64,000 nucleotides of DNA, taken from positions 30,635,112 to 30,699,111 of the forward strand of contig OZ316891.1 of the NCBI GenBank assembly GCA_973895155.1, written 5' to 3'. Under the pieces are notes generated by a model. It was not told the origin of the DNA and searched no databases. It worked only from the letters and a program-made list of their open reading frames with translations. This DNA is from Marsupella aquatica. Its lineage: Eukaryota > Plantae > Marchantiophyta. Below, piece after piece: positions 12,669 through 25,700 of this stretch (position 1 is its first letter; each line of letters begins with the position of its first letter). The translations under genes were made by a program, and so were the position numbers.

Positions 12669-13464
12669 ACTGTCACCTTTGAGACCCCCTAACAAACCCA
12701 CTAGACTAGAGATGGTTTGAAGGTGGACCCAAAAGTGAATTTGGAGCAAACGAGTATGGTGGTCTGGAATTGTACGTGAGACCTACGACTTCGTGCCGTT
12801 GATCATAGGGTTTTCGAAGGCCTGTTGAAAGAGCAATCGGAGACTGGAGATGTCTGTCGGATTCTTGAGTTTTGCACTAAGCCGTCCAGCTCCACTGAAA
12901 GCGGACTCTGTAGACAGGACACCAGGCCGCCGAGAAGAAACCATCCAATTCCTTCGATTCTTCGTTGTGGAACAAATTTAATGGAAGACCAAACCGCGAG
13001 AGAAGACTCTGAGGAGAGCAAAAGTTGGGAGACCAGCATGCGAAGGATTAGTTGAGCTGAGACCTAGTATTCCACGGCTGGTGTTGTGAAACGGCCGCGG
13101 CGAGGAGAGAACATAATAGACAGCAATACATCGCATCGCAGTTCATCTCATCTCATCTTCTCGCATCGCATCGCATCGCATTCCCCTATGTCCATTTCGG
13201 GCCCAGGCCGGGGATGATGACGAGCTAATCACGACGGGAGCAGCGCAGTAGCAGTATCAGCAGCAGCACAAGACTGTGGAATCGTTGGTTGCGATCGGTG
13301 AGCAACACCAGCGACAAAATGGGATCGGATCGGTAGGAGCTCTGCGATGCGCTTATCTGGATGCGAATCCGTCCGAGCTTTGCTGGGAAGGTCGTAGGTT
13401 AGCATTTCCCTATCGAAGTACTTTGGGCAACTGAATCGCATGGTCCGTGATTTCGTCTTCAACG

Positions 13465-16400
13465 ATGGCGCAGCATCAGCTGCAGAAGACGTGGAGGACG
13501 CCGGAGCTGCCGGATAAGTCCTGGGACGGGCTTCGAGTTTTTAACAGTCTCAGCGGCACTAAAGTCCCCTTTCTAACCAGGGATCGCATTGGTTAGTCGA
13601 TTCTCATTCTGAGTGCGTTATCTGTGAGGTTTTGTCTTTAATGTCGGGCCTTCATCGGGCTGGGAAGAACTCTGTAGATTCGCTTTTGTTGCAAGTTGCC
13701 ATTGTTAATTATGACGGCTTTGGAAAATGCAGTGTCTTGGTACAATTGCGGGCCAACTGTCTATGATTCTTCACATGTTGGACATGCTAGAAATTATTTA
13801 ACTTTCGACATCATCCGGAGGATCCTGGAGGTGTGCAACTGGTTCAACCTTTGCAGCTATTTGTGAATTTTGCGGGCTATCATTGACTGCCTTTGAATAC
13901 CTGGGAGTGCACGTGTCGACCATAGTTCGGTTCTATTGTTAAACCGGAACAGTCTGGACGTTGGGATGTTGGGATGTTGAAGACCAGACTGGTCTCGCCT
14001 CTAGTCAGAGGTGGGACTACTTTTCTGAACCTTAAGTCTTGTCTGTATTGACTACAGGATTATTTCGGATACAGTGTGTTTTACGTGATGAACATAACAG
14101 ATGTAGATGACAAGATAATCAATCGTGCACGGCGGAACTATCTGCTGGCCCGTTACTCTGAAACTTCTACCGATCCCGGAAAGGTTTGGTGCCATTTACT
14201 ATCGCCTTGTTGGTTCCGGGGCACTTTCAAACCTGCATCATGAATTGTTGTCTCCATATGTTAGTAAGGATGAGCATGAGTACCTTGACTGAGGATATGC
14301 CACCTGGTGTATTGTCCAGGTATACGGAGAGTTGGAGACAGCTATCCAAGCCGAGATCAGTAAGCAGAAGAAGAACGTGAGTTTTGAGAATTGTAGTTAA
14401 TCCTCTTTGTGGTTGGTTCCATATTATCTACGCACAGTTAGTATGCGAGCCCAGGCAATTATCCTGAAGTTTCCAAAATTTTGGTTGCCTGAAGGTTATT
14501 GAGATACAGGACGAGCTCATGAAGTCCACATCTTCCCTGCAGAAAAAAGAGTTCTCGGAAGTGGGTATTCTTTGTCCGCCATCGTAACACGTTTTTCTTT
14601 CGTCTTTTTTCACAAATATCGTTTCTTTTAAAGTCATTTGTTACAAGCTTCGTTATACACCGTCAGGCATTGGTAGCTCCCTATTGTGTGTTTGCAATCT
14701 CTTTGACCTAAGTTGCGTTTGAGGGCTTGACTTTGGGCCTGCTCTTTCCAACTGCTATTATGGGGACGTTCCACAGAAATTAAAGCAAGAGGAATTGAAG
14801 CTGAGCAAATTAGAAGAAGGAAAAGCTGCATCTGCAGGAAAAGTGAAGCAAGCAATCAGTCTTGGTGGAAGAGCTGGAGTGGACCTTCTGCTATCTGATA
14901 GTTCGGCAGATGCACTCGCCTCTCAGTTGGATTCTCAAAAAGGAGACGAAGTTGTTGACCATGCAATTTTCCGGGCACATGCATCCAAGTGAGAATCTTA
15001 GGTTTTCCTCTTCATTGAGCAGATAACTTTATTAAATTCAATCTGTGCTGCTGATGGTCAAGATGGATTTTGAAATGGTCTCTTTCATCTCTGTCAATGC
15101 AGATATGAAAAGGAATTCTTTGAAGATATGGAAAGTCTAGGCGTTAAGCCCCCCGATGTAGTGACTCGAGTAACAGAGTGAGTTTCATTCCTCGAATATT
15201 TTGTGAAAATAAGTGCTGCAGTCGTTATTTTCGGTTTTGCTTGTTGATTCTCGATGCCTATCAATGATCCGAAAGTAAACCACTTGATCTGCATACCAAG
15301 AGATTAGCCGTTAGGTATTCTGATTACTGGTTGATCAGCTTCAAAGCTGGGATTCCTAGTAAAGAACTCTGAGAGGGCCTTTGATTGCACGTGTGGTGTT
15401 GTAAGGGCTCGAGCTTTAAGTGTAAGAGTATTTCTTTTGCTTCTATCGTTAGCATTTGGAAAATCTCACTGGGCATCCTGCTTTGATTAATGTATGTCAG
15501 ATATATTGGTGTGATTATTCCATACATTCAGAAAATCATTGAGCAGGGTTTTGCTTATTCTGCAAATGGTAGTGTGTACTTCGACACCAAAGCATTCATG
15601 TAAGTCTTAATTCATCAAGTTATATGTTTATTTTGCACGCCTACATGGGATATGTAGTCCAAAGTGATGAATTCCATCTGAAGTCTCTAATATGAATTAC
15701 CGTGTACGTCACAACATAGCCGAGGATGGATGTTATTTATGAGTTGGGTAAGACTGGTTGCGTCTTTGTGATAGTTGCCATGAATGATTTTGTCGTACCA
15801 GGTTTTCTTGTCTCGAGAAAATAATCTCTGTGGGTCCTGTTGACAGTGATGGAGGCCATACGTATGGAAAGTTGAACCCGTGGGCAGTAGGCAGTGCAGG
15901 CTTGGCTAGTGAGAGTGAAGCCAACTTTGAAAGTAAAGACAAAAAGAATGCCTCTGATTTTGCGCTCTGGAAGGTCGGTCCGTGTTGTCGTTGACCATGC
16001 AACCTAACTAACTATATGTTCAATACCTTGGTTGGGAGTTCGCTTCAGTAATAGTATTGGTGCAGGGATCGTTGTATGGTCTGTTTAAACTCTGATAGAT
16101 ATTATACTATTCTGATGCAGCTCAGCAAACGCGGCGAACCTTTTTGGGAATCCCCTTGGGGTTTAGGGCGGCCAGGCTGGCATATAGAGTGCTCTGCTAT
16201 GGCAAGTTGTGTGATTGGAGAGACTGTTGATCTTCATTCAGGTGGAAAGTAAGTCCGTTCAGGAAATGAGCTGCATGAGATATGGAACAACTAACCTGTT
16301 TTGTCCTCATTTAGGTGTCGTTGAACTTTAAACTAGTACGAGTACTACAATATATTTGGTGTTACTAACTTTCTCAGTGGTCATGACAGTGACCTTATTT

Positions 16401-19400
16401 TTCCACATCATGATAATGAGTTGGCTCAGGCAGAAGCTTTTCACAACTGCTCTCAAGTGAGTTCCTCGTTTCAAAAGCGCATATCATCACTTATGACCCC
16501 CAAATTGCAAGCTAGTATCACGTGTTACTTCAGGATTATATGTTATCTTGGTATCTAGTCACTCGTATGTCATGGGATTTCCTATTGAATACGGTCATTG
16601 TACTCACTCATTATGTCCGTACAGTGGGTCAACTATTTCCTTCATTCTGGTCACCTTGCCATCAACGGCCTCAAAATGTCTAAGTCTTTGAAGAACTTCA
16701 TCACAATTAAGCAGGTGTGACTTCTCATTTAGCTTCTTTTATGCGAGTGTAGGTGTTCAATGATTCGAGATCTGCGCCTGTCTTTTCGTAGTTTAATTGA
16801 TAACTTTAGAAATGCTGATCAAGTAGGCGTTTCGATTGTGTTCACAAATGATCTTGAATATTGCGAGGATAAACCTGAAGATGTTTCCTGCGACATTCAT
16901 TATTGGATTCGAAAGTGGAGGCCTTATGAATGGGTACAAGGAAAGTGTAATGTGATGGTTGACTTTGCTTTTCGGTAACAGGCACTCGTTAGATACTCTG
17001 CACGACAGTTACGACTTCTCTTTGTTAGTCAAGCTTGGGATAAAGTAAGCCACATTCTCCTCTATAAACTTTGAATTTGTCGGTTAGTTCTTCAAAATCC
17101 GTTTTGTCAAAGGTCTACTTCGACGTTTCGTCTTTGTCGTCTTTTGTCATGCATTCGATGCAAAAGGTCATCCTTGAGACATTTGCTTTGATGAGGACTG
17201 TCGCCAGCCAACGTGGCTCCTCTTGGTTTGATGTGAATAATTAATAGTTTTCTAGTGTCATATATATGACCTCACCTTTTCAGTTTGGATGTCATGGTAG
17301 CCTATGACTTTTAGTGATGCTGCCATGGAGACAACTATCACACGAGAGAAGAAGCTGGATGCATTTTTTGACAATGTGAAAGGCATCATCAGAAAATCGG
17401 TGCACGCTTTGGCCTTCCTAAATATCTACGGAGTGTCCAGTGCCAATGATTTATTTCCAAATTTTCAAATTGTATCCAGGAACAGAAGCATGTGCTCCTC
17501 CATCATGATTGCACTTAGTATGTTTGGTCTGAGTGGTGTGGGAATGAGCTTTCCTTAAGTTTAATAGCTTAGTTCTTGGCCCTATTTTCTGCATGTAGTT
17601 GGATTGGATTGGATCATGTCTGCTTTGGGAACTTAGTTGCTTGAAGTATATTCCCGTCGATGCTGGGTGAGTCAAAGAGTTCCTTGTAGATGAAGGAGGT
17701 TATAAAGTCATCTCATAGGTTTTATAAAAACTCGTTTCACAGGACACCGTGGGCAGTGGAATGTGGGCAGAGGATGACGGACACCTAAACGCAAGTCTTG
17801 AAACATCAAAAATCAAGGTCGATATTTCTGCATAAAGTAATTTATCCGGTATCTGAATGTATATGCTAGGTAATGTAGACGTCCGTATGTGTTTCTGGTG
17901 CTGAGTTTCACTGTGCCTCTTGGTATATGCATGACAAATGCCCAGTTCCATTTTAAAGGTTTCGAGGATTTTCTGCCTTGTGTGTATAGGTAAGAGAGCA
18001 ATTGGAAGACAACTTTGACACAGCAGGGGCTTTAGACGTTCTACTCAGTCTGGTCAAAGATGTGAAGAAGTACTCCGATGAAAAGGTGTTTCTCCGACAT
18101 CTCTACCTCTGATATTGTCCTTACTATTTTTGGAATGTAGCGTATGAGTGCTTTAGTAGGAGACTCACTAGAAAGACTCAGATTTGTGACCAAAGATGGG
18201 ATGCTCTAGGATCTTATCGTTTGGTGCCTATTTCTAGCACTTGGAGGGAAGAAATTCCATTTTTAGTCTTGGAAATGGCCTTCATGATGTAGGTGCAATC
18301 AGGAGATACCCCGACTGTTGGCTTGGTGAAAAGGGTTGCAGTATACGTCACTCATGTACTTGCTGTTTTCGGTGAGATACCAGCCACTAATGTTTTAGTT
18401 CAAAGTACAGTTCAGAACTGTAGATGATTCTTAACCCTGACATCTCGGAGATCTAGTAGGAATCCAATTATATTTCATCAAGTCATGTCTTGTGATTATT
18501 ATGTGGATTTCAGTTACGATGGTATGCTCTCGCTTGTAATGAATAACTGTTTCATATTTTCTTCTGCAGGTTTGACAAATGCTCTAAGTGGGGATATTGG
18601 TTGGGGTCGTGATTCAAGTATTGGAGATGTGCAGACTAATAAAGAGGAAGTAGTGGTATGCGTGGACTCTTTTTTCGGAACATTGTTTCTCTTTGCAATA
18701 ATCAATTGTTGTCAGTTTACAGATATGTTCTTTCAGTACAAGCAATAGACTAGGGTCGTTTTTTGGAGTCATTTCATTAGATATCAAGTGTCTGGCGTGG
18801 AGAACTCTTAACCAAATGTGCCAGGCATCGGCTTTGCGTAGCCCTGTCAAAATTGAACACCAAGTAGGCTTTGAGGTCCTGGGAAGGTCATCATCGTGTG
18901 AGGCTAATAGCACCGACCACTTCTTGTGAATGTCAGGCTCCGTTTCTTGATGCAATTGTATCCTACAAAGAGGATATGAGAGCAGCTGTACTGGAGCTTC
19001 CTCCAGGGCCTTCGAAGGTGAACTATTAGTCCTTGAATTAGATCTCGTCACATGCAATGATAAGATAGCAGTGCTGATTGCGTGTTTTTTATAACCTGTT
19101 TGTTTCAAAAGTGCGAAATCTATCTACTATGCTGTATATCGTGAAGGTGATTCCTGTGCCAAGTTTTAGGAATCTGCCCTTCTGCTGATCTAGCTGAATG
19201 TCATTCAAATCCGTGGACATTTGAGAGTCCCTGTTCTTGTCTCCTTCATCTTTCGACCAAATCGAGGTCCACATTGGCTTACCATTACTAACATGTACCG
19301 TTTCCGTGAACAGGATAAGTGCTTGGCAGTTGGAGACAATTTCCGTGATCACACTATGGTAGAGCTTGGAGTACTGCTCGAGGATAGAGTGCCTGGAAGT

Positions 19401-20256
19401 TCTGATGCACCTTGGAAGATTGTGGATCCAGAGGTCCTTCGCAGAGAGAGAAATGAGAAGATAAAGAAAGCCCAGGAGGAGAAACTTTCAAAGTTGAAGA
19501 ATCAAAGAGACCGACAGGTTTATTCCCTTCACACATCATCGTTCTGAAGTGCCTTTTGGTCCTAAGACATGTCTATGAATATATTGTTTTTGTGAAAAAC
19601 AAAGAAAGCCCACTGGAGAATATTTCAAAGTTGAAGAATCAAAGAAACCGACTGGTTTATTCCCATCACATCATCATTCTGAAGTGTCTCTGGTCCAAAG
19701 GAAAACGCCTATGTATATTTTGTTTTTGTGACAGTACTTTCTGGTCATATCGAGTAATATTGGTAGCTTCGTAGCTACGTGCTTTTATTTTATAGTTGAT
19801 TATGAAGAGATCGTGGTAATCTTACCAGATGAAGGATCTTACAAAGTGGGAGACTGCGGTCACAGACTCAAGGGAGTTATTTAGAAGACGAACAGATGAG
19901 TTTAGTGCCTTCGACGTTAATGGAATTCCAACTCATGACAGCAAAGGGACTGAATTGACATCCAGTTCAAAGAAGGCAAGTCATATCATGATCTTTGCCT
20001 TTTAAATATGTTGGTCTGGTCTGGATTTTGTTTGTGTGCAGATTTTGCAGCAATGGATTCAAATTTAATTCTTGTTTGTGTGCAGAAACTCAAGAGGGAA
20101 ATGGAACAAGCAAAGAAACAGCATGAGACACTACAACAGAAGCTAACTACAAACCCACAATTTTTAGAAGCCTTGCATAGAGATGCCAGGGATATTGAGG
20201 CTAAAATAGCAGATTTAGAAATAGAAGCAGCAAATTTGAATTTGGAGGAGGGTTAG
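13465..20256 (+). CDS. Cysteinyl-tRNA synthetase, eukaryotic cytosolic (CARS1-like) type, 22 exons, ~790 aa
   Basis: Motifs [20 protein letters not shown] (HIGH), [45 protein letters not shown] and GIPTHD. Phase-consistent exons: 13465-13591, 13733-13830, 14058-14183, 14320-14376, 14495-14560, 14777-14988, 15103-15177, 15501-15599, 15847-15973, 16121-16248, 16390-16456, 16625-16714, 16982-17044, 17301-17399, 17743-17817, 17990-18085, 18293-18371, 18570-18655, 18937-19017, 19314-19517, 19829-19975, 20086-20256. Confidence 0.95.
19463..19731 (+). repeat. ~138-bp tandem duplication spanning a CysRS exon/intron junction
   Basis: aaagaaagccca...tttcaaagttgaagaatcaaaga.accgac.ggtttattccc...ttctgaagtg...ttgtttttgtga occurs at 19463 and 19601. 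Confidence 0.9.
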
Positions 20257-21299
20257 ATTTAGGTATTGAAGGGCAGTGCGAATAATGTTGTTAATTCATT
20301 GTAGTGGAATCGAACAGTTTTTCCGAGGGCTCCTTTTTTGGCTTTGGCTCTGCGAGCCAGGCAGATGTTTTTGAAATTGCTGAGCAAATGTAAAGCACGG
20401 AATTTATGAATCCCAGACGCAATGATATCTGGATTGAATTAACGTACTGTCGACACTAAATCGTCATGTTCTAGGACATTCTCGGATGTCAGGCTTTCAC
20501 CAACATCGGGGAACCAGCGAAGGTCTGCAGGGAAGTGAAATGATAAAACGTCACTTGGAGCCGCGAGAACGGATCCACGGCAATTCTAAAATGTACTTCT
20601 GGAATATCCAATCGTTACGGTTGCGAATGCCTAGACCGCTCACCTTCGAGTTGTGTCATGGGCAGTGTTGAAAGGTTAGCAGAAAGAGATCCTACAAATG
20701 CAGCTATTAAATAAGTTCTTTTGAAAGAGGTTCAGCAACAAAGGGATGCCAAAAATAGCGGCTATAAACTGAGTTTGGAAAAAAATAAAACGAACAAAAC
20801 AAAACAAAATTGGGTAATAGTGGTGTTTGTTCTCTCACGTCTTTTTGCTATTGTACTGTGTGTTCGACCCTTTTAACATCGGTCCTTTTTCTTCCCAAAC
20901 TGAGTAGGAAAACCCGAAGGTCTGACACGTTTTCGTACATTGGTCCTTCTCGATTCCAAGTTGATTAGGACAACCCGATTGTCTAACCCCTTTTAGTCCT
21001 TTTCCGTTCCAAATTGATGAAGACAACCCGAAGGTCATAAGTTCTTTGGACAGGTGGCTTTGGACAGGTGAAACAGAAAGGTCATGAAGTCGGCTTTGGA
21101 TCAAGCTTACTATTTGACAAGATTCATTCGGATCAATTTCACTTCTTTTAAGGACGAAATGAATATTTTTCCAATCATACCTGAATAAAGCAAACAGAAC
21201 GTTAAACTCAGCTTCAAAATTTCCAATCACCCGGCAACTAAGCAGACTTGCACGGTTGGGAGCGGACGCTAACGAGAGTAAACCAATCATGTGAGGAGA

Positions 21300-22150
21300 T
21301 TCCAATTTGTTGGATATTGCATGGTCTTGTCCAATGCGTTGCATAAGGAAAATTTTCAACCCAGACAGACACAGAGAGGGAGCTGGGCTTGTACCAGAAC
21401 TGGCATAGCGAGAACGTTGACGATGTGGAAGAATGGACGAATTCCGCTAACTACTTTGTCACCGTACTGTAAAACTGGTCAGAAAAAAGTACGCACAACA
21501 CATTCCCGAATTGCACCCTCGCACATGGGCCTTCGGTGAGCAGACGAAACGTACACATGGGCCATTGACACAATTATGAATAGAAACGTAATTATCCGAA
21601 GGGTTTACATGTTCCGATTCTATGCAAATTGCACCCAATCTCATCCCGCCCACAACCCAGGGGGTCGAACGGATGAACCTCAACACAGATTTCAAGCCAA
21701 ATCATGGAAATCATGATCCCTTGAAACCAAACACCCCTTCTACTGTTGTAGACTTCACAATGCGGCAAATGTGTCGCCCTCAACCCAACATGCAATGGTA
21801 TGCAATGGCAGCCGCATGCGAGCATTTCAACTACCTCGGGAGAGCTCTTGGGGATCGATCACAGGGGAGGTTATCTACGACCGCAAGTAGAGACGTACCA
21901 CTTAAAATGATGCACATCTATTAAAATGGGAGCTCCAGACGAGCATTTTGTGACTACCTAGTGAGTAGAGATGGATCACCAAGAAATTTTGCAAGGGCCA
22001 TGAAATGGGATGTAACATCTAATTAGACGCACATCCCCCGTCAGGTACAAGGAGGCGGCGAACTCTGTCACAAATTGGGTATGCATCATCGCCCAGCCAG
22101 AATAAGTAGTGGAGGAAATGGATCAAGCAAGAACCAGAGGGAGATTCAGC
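21300..22150 (+). mobile_element. Highly decayed LINE 3' portion (RNase H-like/RVT_3 remnant)
   Basis: PPTTQGVERMNLNTDF resembles W.PP..GW.KLNTD. A frameshifted HIPR...EAANSVTNWVC resembles HVPREANxxADxLA. Many stops. Confidence 0.4.
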
Positions 22151-22293
22151 CTCTCCTGGCTGAGATTCACAATGACACTCTAATTTGACTTCTGCGAGGC
22201 TCATGAGCAGAAGAAATTTTCATCCCTGGGAGATGAGTCACAATTAAGCTCCGTGCCCGGGATTGCTCTCTAGGGGAGACAAGATATTCATGA

Positions 22294-22701
22294 CTACTCT
22301 CCTTTGGCGAAGGCCTCCACGGGGAACGCTTTGCCAAGACCCCCAACACTCTTGAAGAAAATCTTTTCCGGCCTAGCAGCGTTGACGGAGATGTCTCCAA
22401 TCGGAACCCAGATGAAAAACTCCTTGGCCTTCACTCCTGTCAATTCGTTCAACCGGGTCTTCGAGAGATATCCCCTGATTTCTGTTGCGTAGTGCACTTG
22501 CTTACCGGCCTTTTTGAAGATGTGGGTTACGTCTTTCTTCTGCTTGATCCAAACATAACCCGTATCCTTCACGTGGCCGCTTTCCACCACGTCTTCCAAC
22601 GGGAGCAATCCTCCCGGTAGTCCCACTTCCTCTAGCAGTTCGACGGCTTTTTCCAACGCTTCATCTCCGTAGTACATAATGGCACCCTCCCTCTCCGCCA
22701 T
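22294..22701 (-). CDS. DUF538 family protein (135 aa), intronless
   Basis: REGA..Y.G...LEKAVELLEEVGLPGGLLPL.DV.E.G....TGYVWIKQKK...H.F......V.YATEI......LTGVKAKE..IW.......I.FKS..GL...FPVEAF is the characteristic DUF538 pattern. ATG at 22701. Confidence 0.92.
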   Translation of the reverse strand: MAEREGAIMYYGDEALEKAVELLEEVGLPGGLLPLEDVVESGHVKDTGYVWIKQKKDVTHIFKKAGKQVHYATEIRGYLSKTRLNELTGVKAKEFFIWVPIGDISVNAARPEKIFFKSVGGLGKAFPVEAFAKGE

Positions 22702-25700
22702 TCCTTCTAAGCTCACAACTCTACTGGGCGCGTCTCTCTCGATCTGAAAAGAACTGAATCTTGTTTCGCTCGCTCTCTCTCTCGTGGGATTGACTCGAAT
22801 TGAAACGGAACTCTAAATGCTTCACAAACAGACTCGTCCTTCTCCACAGCCCTCGTCCACTTGAAGCCTTCGACAAAGAGAACACGATGCACGCCAGTCC
22901 ACACGTTGAATTTGAAGTCACGTTTCTGGAAAACACGTTGAACAGCAGCCCTTCTTCAACAGCAACTGAAACAGGACCACTGTCGACTACAGTACGCCGT
23001 TCTCGCGTTGATACCGTCAGCAGAGCCGTCACGGGCTTGTAATGCCGCGGAATCTCGTTGAAAAACAGGGAGCTTCAGACGAAAGCCAGTGAAACTGTGA
23101 AACACAGCAGGGGCAAGCAACAAATCACCAACGTTTTGCAAATTCTTCGTGTCAGTTCCAAGTGGGAAGCAATCCAGATCGATAAGGTGATGACGCAACC
23201 CGACGCGTAAATCTCTAGACGTGGAGCGATGGCAGAAACGCACACGGAAACTCACGAAGATCGCGGGGCCCTCCCAGAGACGATATCTCACAGAATCACT
23301 TGTTTGGAGAAGAAGGCGACTGAACTCATCGACCTTTATACTGAAATGCTTCCAGAGAAGGGTCTTCTCGAAGTCGATATCCACAACGATCAATTCCCCA
23401 AGATGATGAGATGATGATCTTCGTCCTCCTCCTCATACTAGTGCGGTAGAGGGCCTTTACAGCATCACAGCTACCTCAGGACCACGGCCAATTCCGAGCT
23501 CCCACCACATCAGAGCAATACGATACGATACGACGGGGCAAGAAGGTCGCATTCACGACATCCACCCGACCACCAACCTCGCCCCGGCCGAGCTTTTCTT
23601 CACCTGCGCCTGCGAGCAACAATTATGATGGCCTTCAGAGCTGCTCGAGGCCTGGACCTTCTCGATTCCCGGCAATCGGAGGAGGACATCGCCAATTCAC
23701 AAGGAATTGTCGTTGTTGGGCAGTGACTGCACTGCGAATCGACACGGAATCTGGACAAGGACGCGCATGTTGTATTGTTGTGGGACGACGACGGCCTAAT
23801 TATAGAATACGGTGACATAACATGTATACGGGAACTTGGGGTACATTAATTAATGACATGAACGAAAGCATCGTACTCTCGTGATTGGAAGTTAGTGATA
23901 TGCTTATGAACCCTTAACAGAATGGTTTAGTTGAAGTGCCCACCAACGGTTTCTCTAACCGAGTGTTCCCCTTCTTAATGAGCCATATTTAAAAGCTATA
24001 ATAGGGCATCTCAAACCTTGGAATTGAGGGAAAAACCTCAATTCCAAGGTTTGAGATGGAACTATCAAACCTCTCACGCATGGAACTATCACTTTCGGTC
24101 ACACTTCGGCATTGTGTGGGACACGGATTTTTGTGTCTGTCACTTTTTTCTCGAGAATCCATTGCTGAAAGCAATCAGAAGCAGCAACGCGAAGTTTGAG
24201 ACACCTTAATATACAACTCTGCGCTTTTTCCCCACATACTCTGCTTACAAAATCCACTTTTGGAGTGAATCATCATGACTGTTGGATTTAAACCTTAAAT
24301 TTTCCTAGCCATAAGATCTGGTATAGAGCAGAATAAAGAGAAATTCCTAACTTGGGCATAGATGAGCCTCCACTGAGAGTGGACTCATGCACTCAAATCC
24401 ATAAAAAGATTTCAATTTCAGGGTCATTTAAAATTGAGTGTTGAGTTGACATGTGGCATCATAGATAGGTGGGTCTAAAATGAAATTCTAAGTAGGCCCC
24501 ACATTACATATAAAAATATCTGGACATATGATTGCACTATTCACACAAAGACAAAAGGGAATGAGAACAATACACTTAGAGTTTTGAGTTGAAAAGAATT
24601 TGTTCATAGAGGAGTGAAAGGGAATTTAAGGTCTATTGAGAGGAAATTAGTTCGTGGACCCCTATCTGTTTTGATTGTATGTGAGGTATGTGTTGGACAA
24701 TATGTGAAATAGATATGCCAGTGGGATCGCTCATCGCTAAAGCAGATGGAATGGAAATAGTTGAATCGTTGGTGACCGCCAGTCTCTCGGCAATCAGAGC
24801 TCTCACTGAGGACTAGGGTGATTTCCTCAAGAGAGACTATTGTTTGTTAGCCATGACTGAGAATTGCGCTTCTGACTGCCTCTCGTGCGCAGATGAACTT
24901 GACCTTCCGCTAAAGAAAGAGAAAAAAAAAAGTCAATCTTGCTTTGCACTATCGCGTAGGAGAAACAAATAAAGCTTAGATTCGGACTCACTTCAATGGT
25001 TATTCAGGTTCGCGCGGAGCATGTAGCATGTCATTCCAGTGCTTTGTTTGTCTCATAGTCGATCGTTCTTCCTTCTGGACCTGTGCTTATGAGTTCTACT
25101 CATTTTTCTTCTTCCTGCCCCAATCGTCTGTCAGTGATCTCGTCTGCTTCTGCTTTTGTTGAGTGTTTCCCAGGCTCTCGTTTCAAAGCCTTCGGGTACG
25201 AGTCTTTAAGGTTCAATTCTTGCGATCCTTCTGCGCTTCCCGATTCTTGTTGTTGGAGACGTCGAGAGTTCAACTAAGTGCCTTGAGTTCTATCCTTATG
25301 AAGTCGCTCGATTCTTTCCTTATGAAGTCGCTCGAGTTCCTCTTATCAATTCTCTATTCGGTTTGCTGTCCTTATGGATCCCTCCACGTCTGAAGATCGT
25401 ATTTTGTGCGCGTCCCATTCATGCATCATTTTCGTTCATGAATAGCACCTTCCTCTAATCCCCCCTCCCATCCTTTCTGTCGACTACACTCTTTGATTGT
25501 CTGAGCTTTGCTCTGTTTTGTTCTCGTCGTCATTTGGAGTAGATTGTATTGCCACTACTGGATCGGGAAAGAGGACATTCTAGGATGGGGAGGTGTTCGT
25601 GTCGACCGTTTTGCTCACTATTGAATCGGTGACCATGTGGGCAGTCGGTTACTAGGGCCCAAGATTTAATTACGGAATTGAAACACAATTCACAAAAAAG

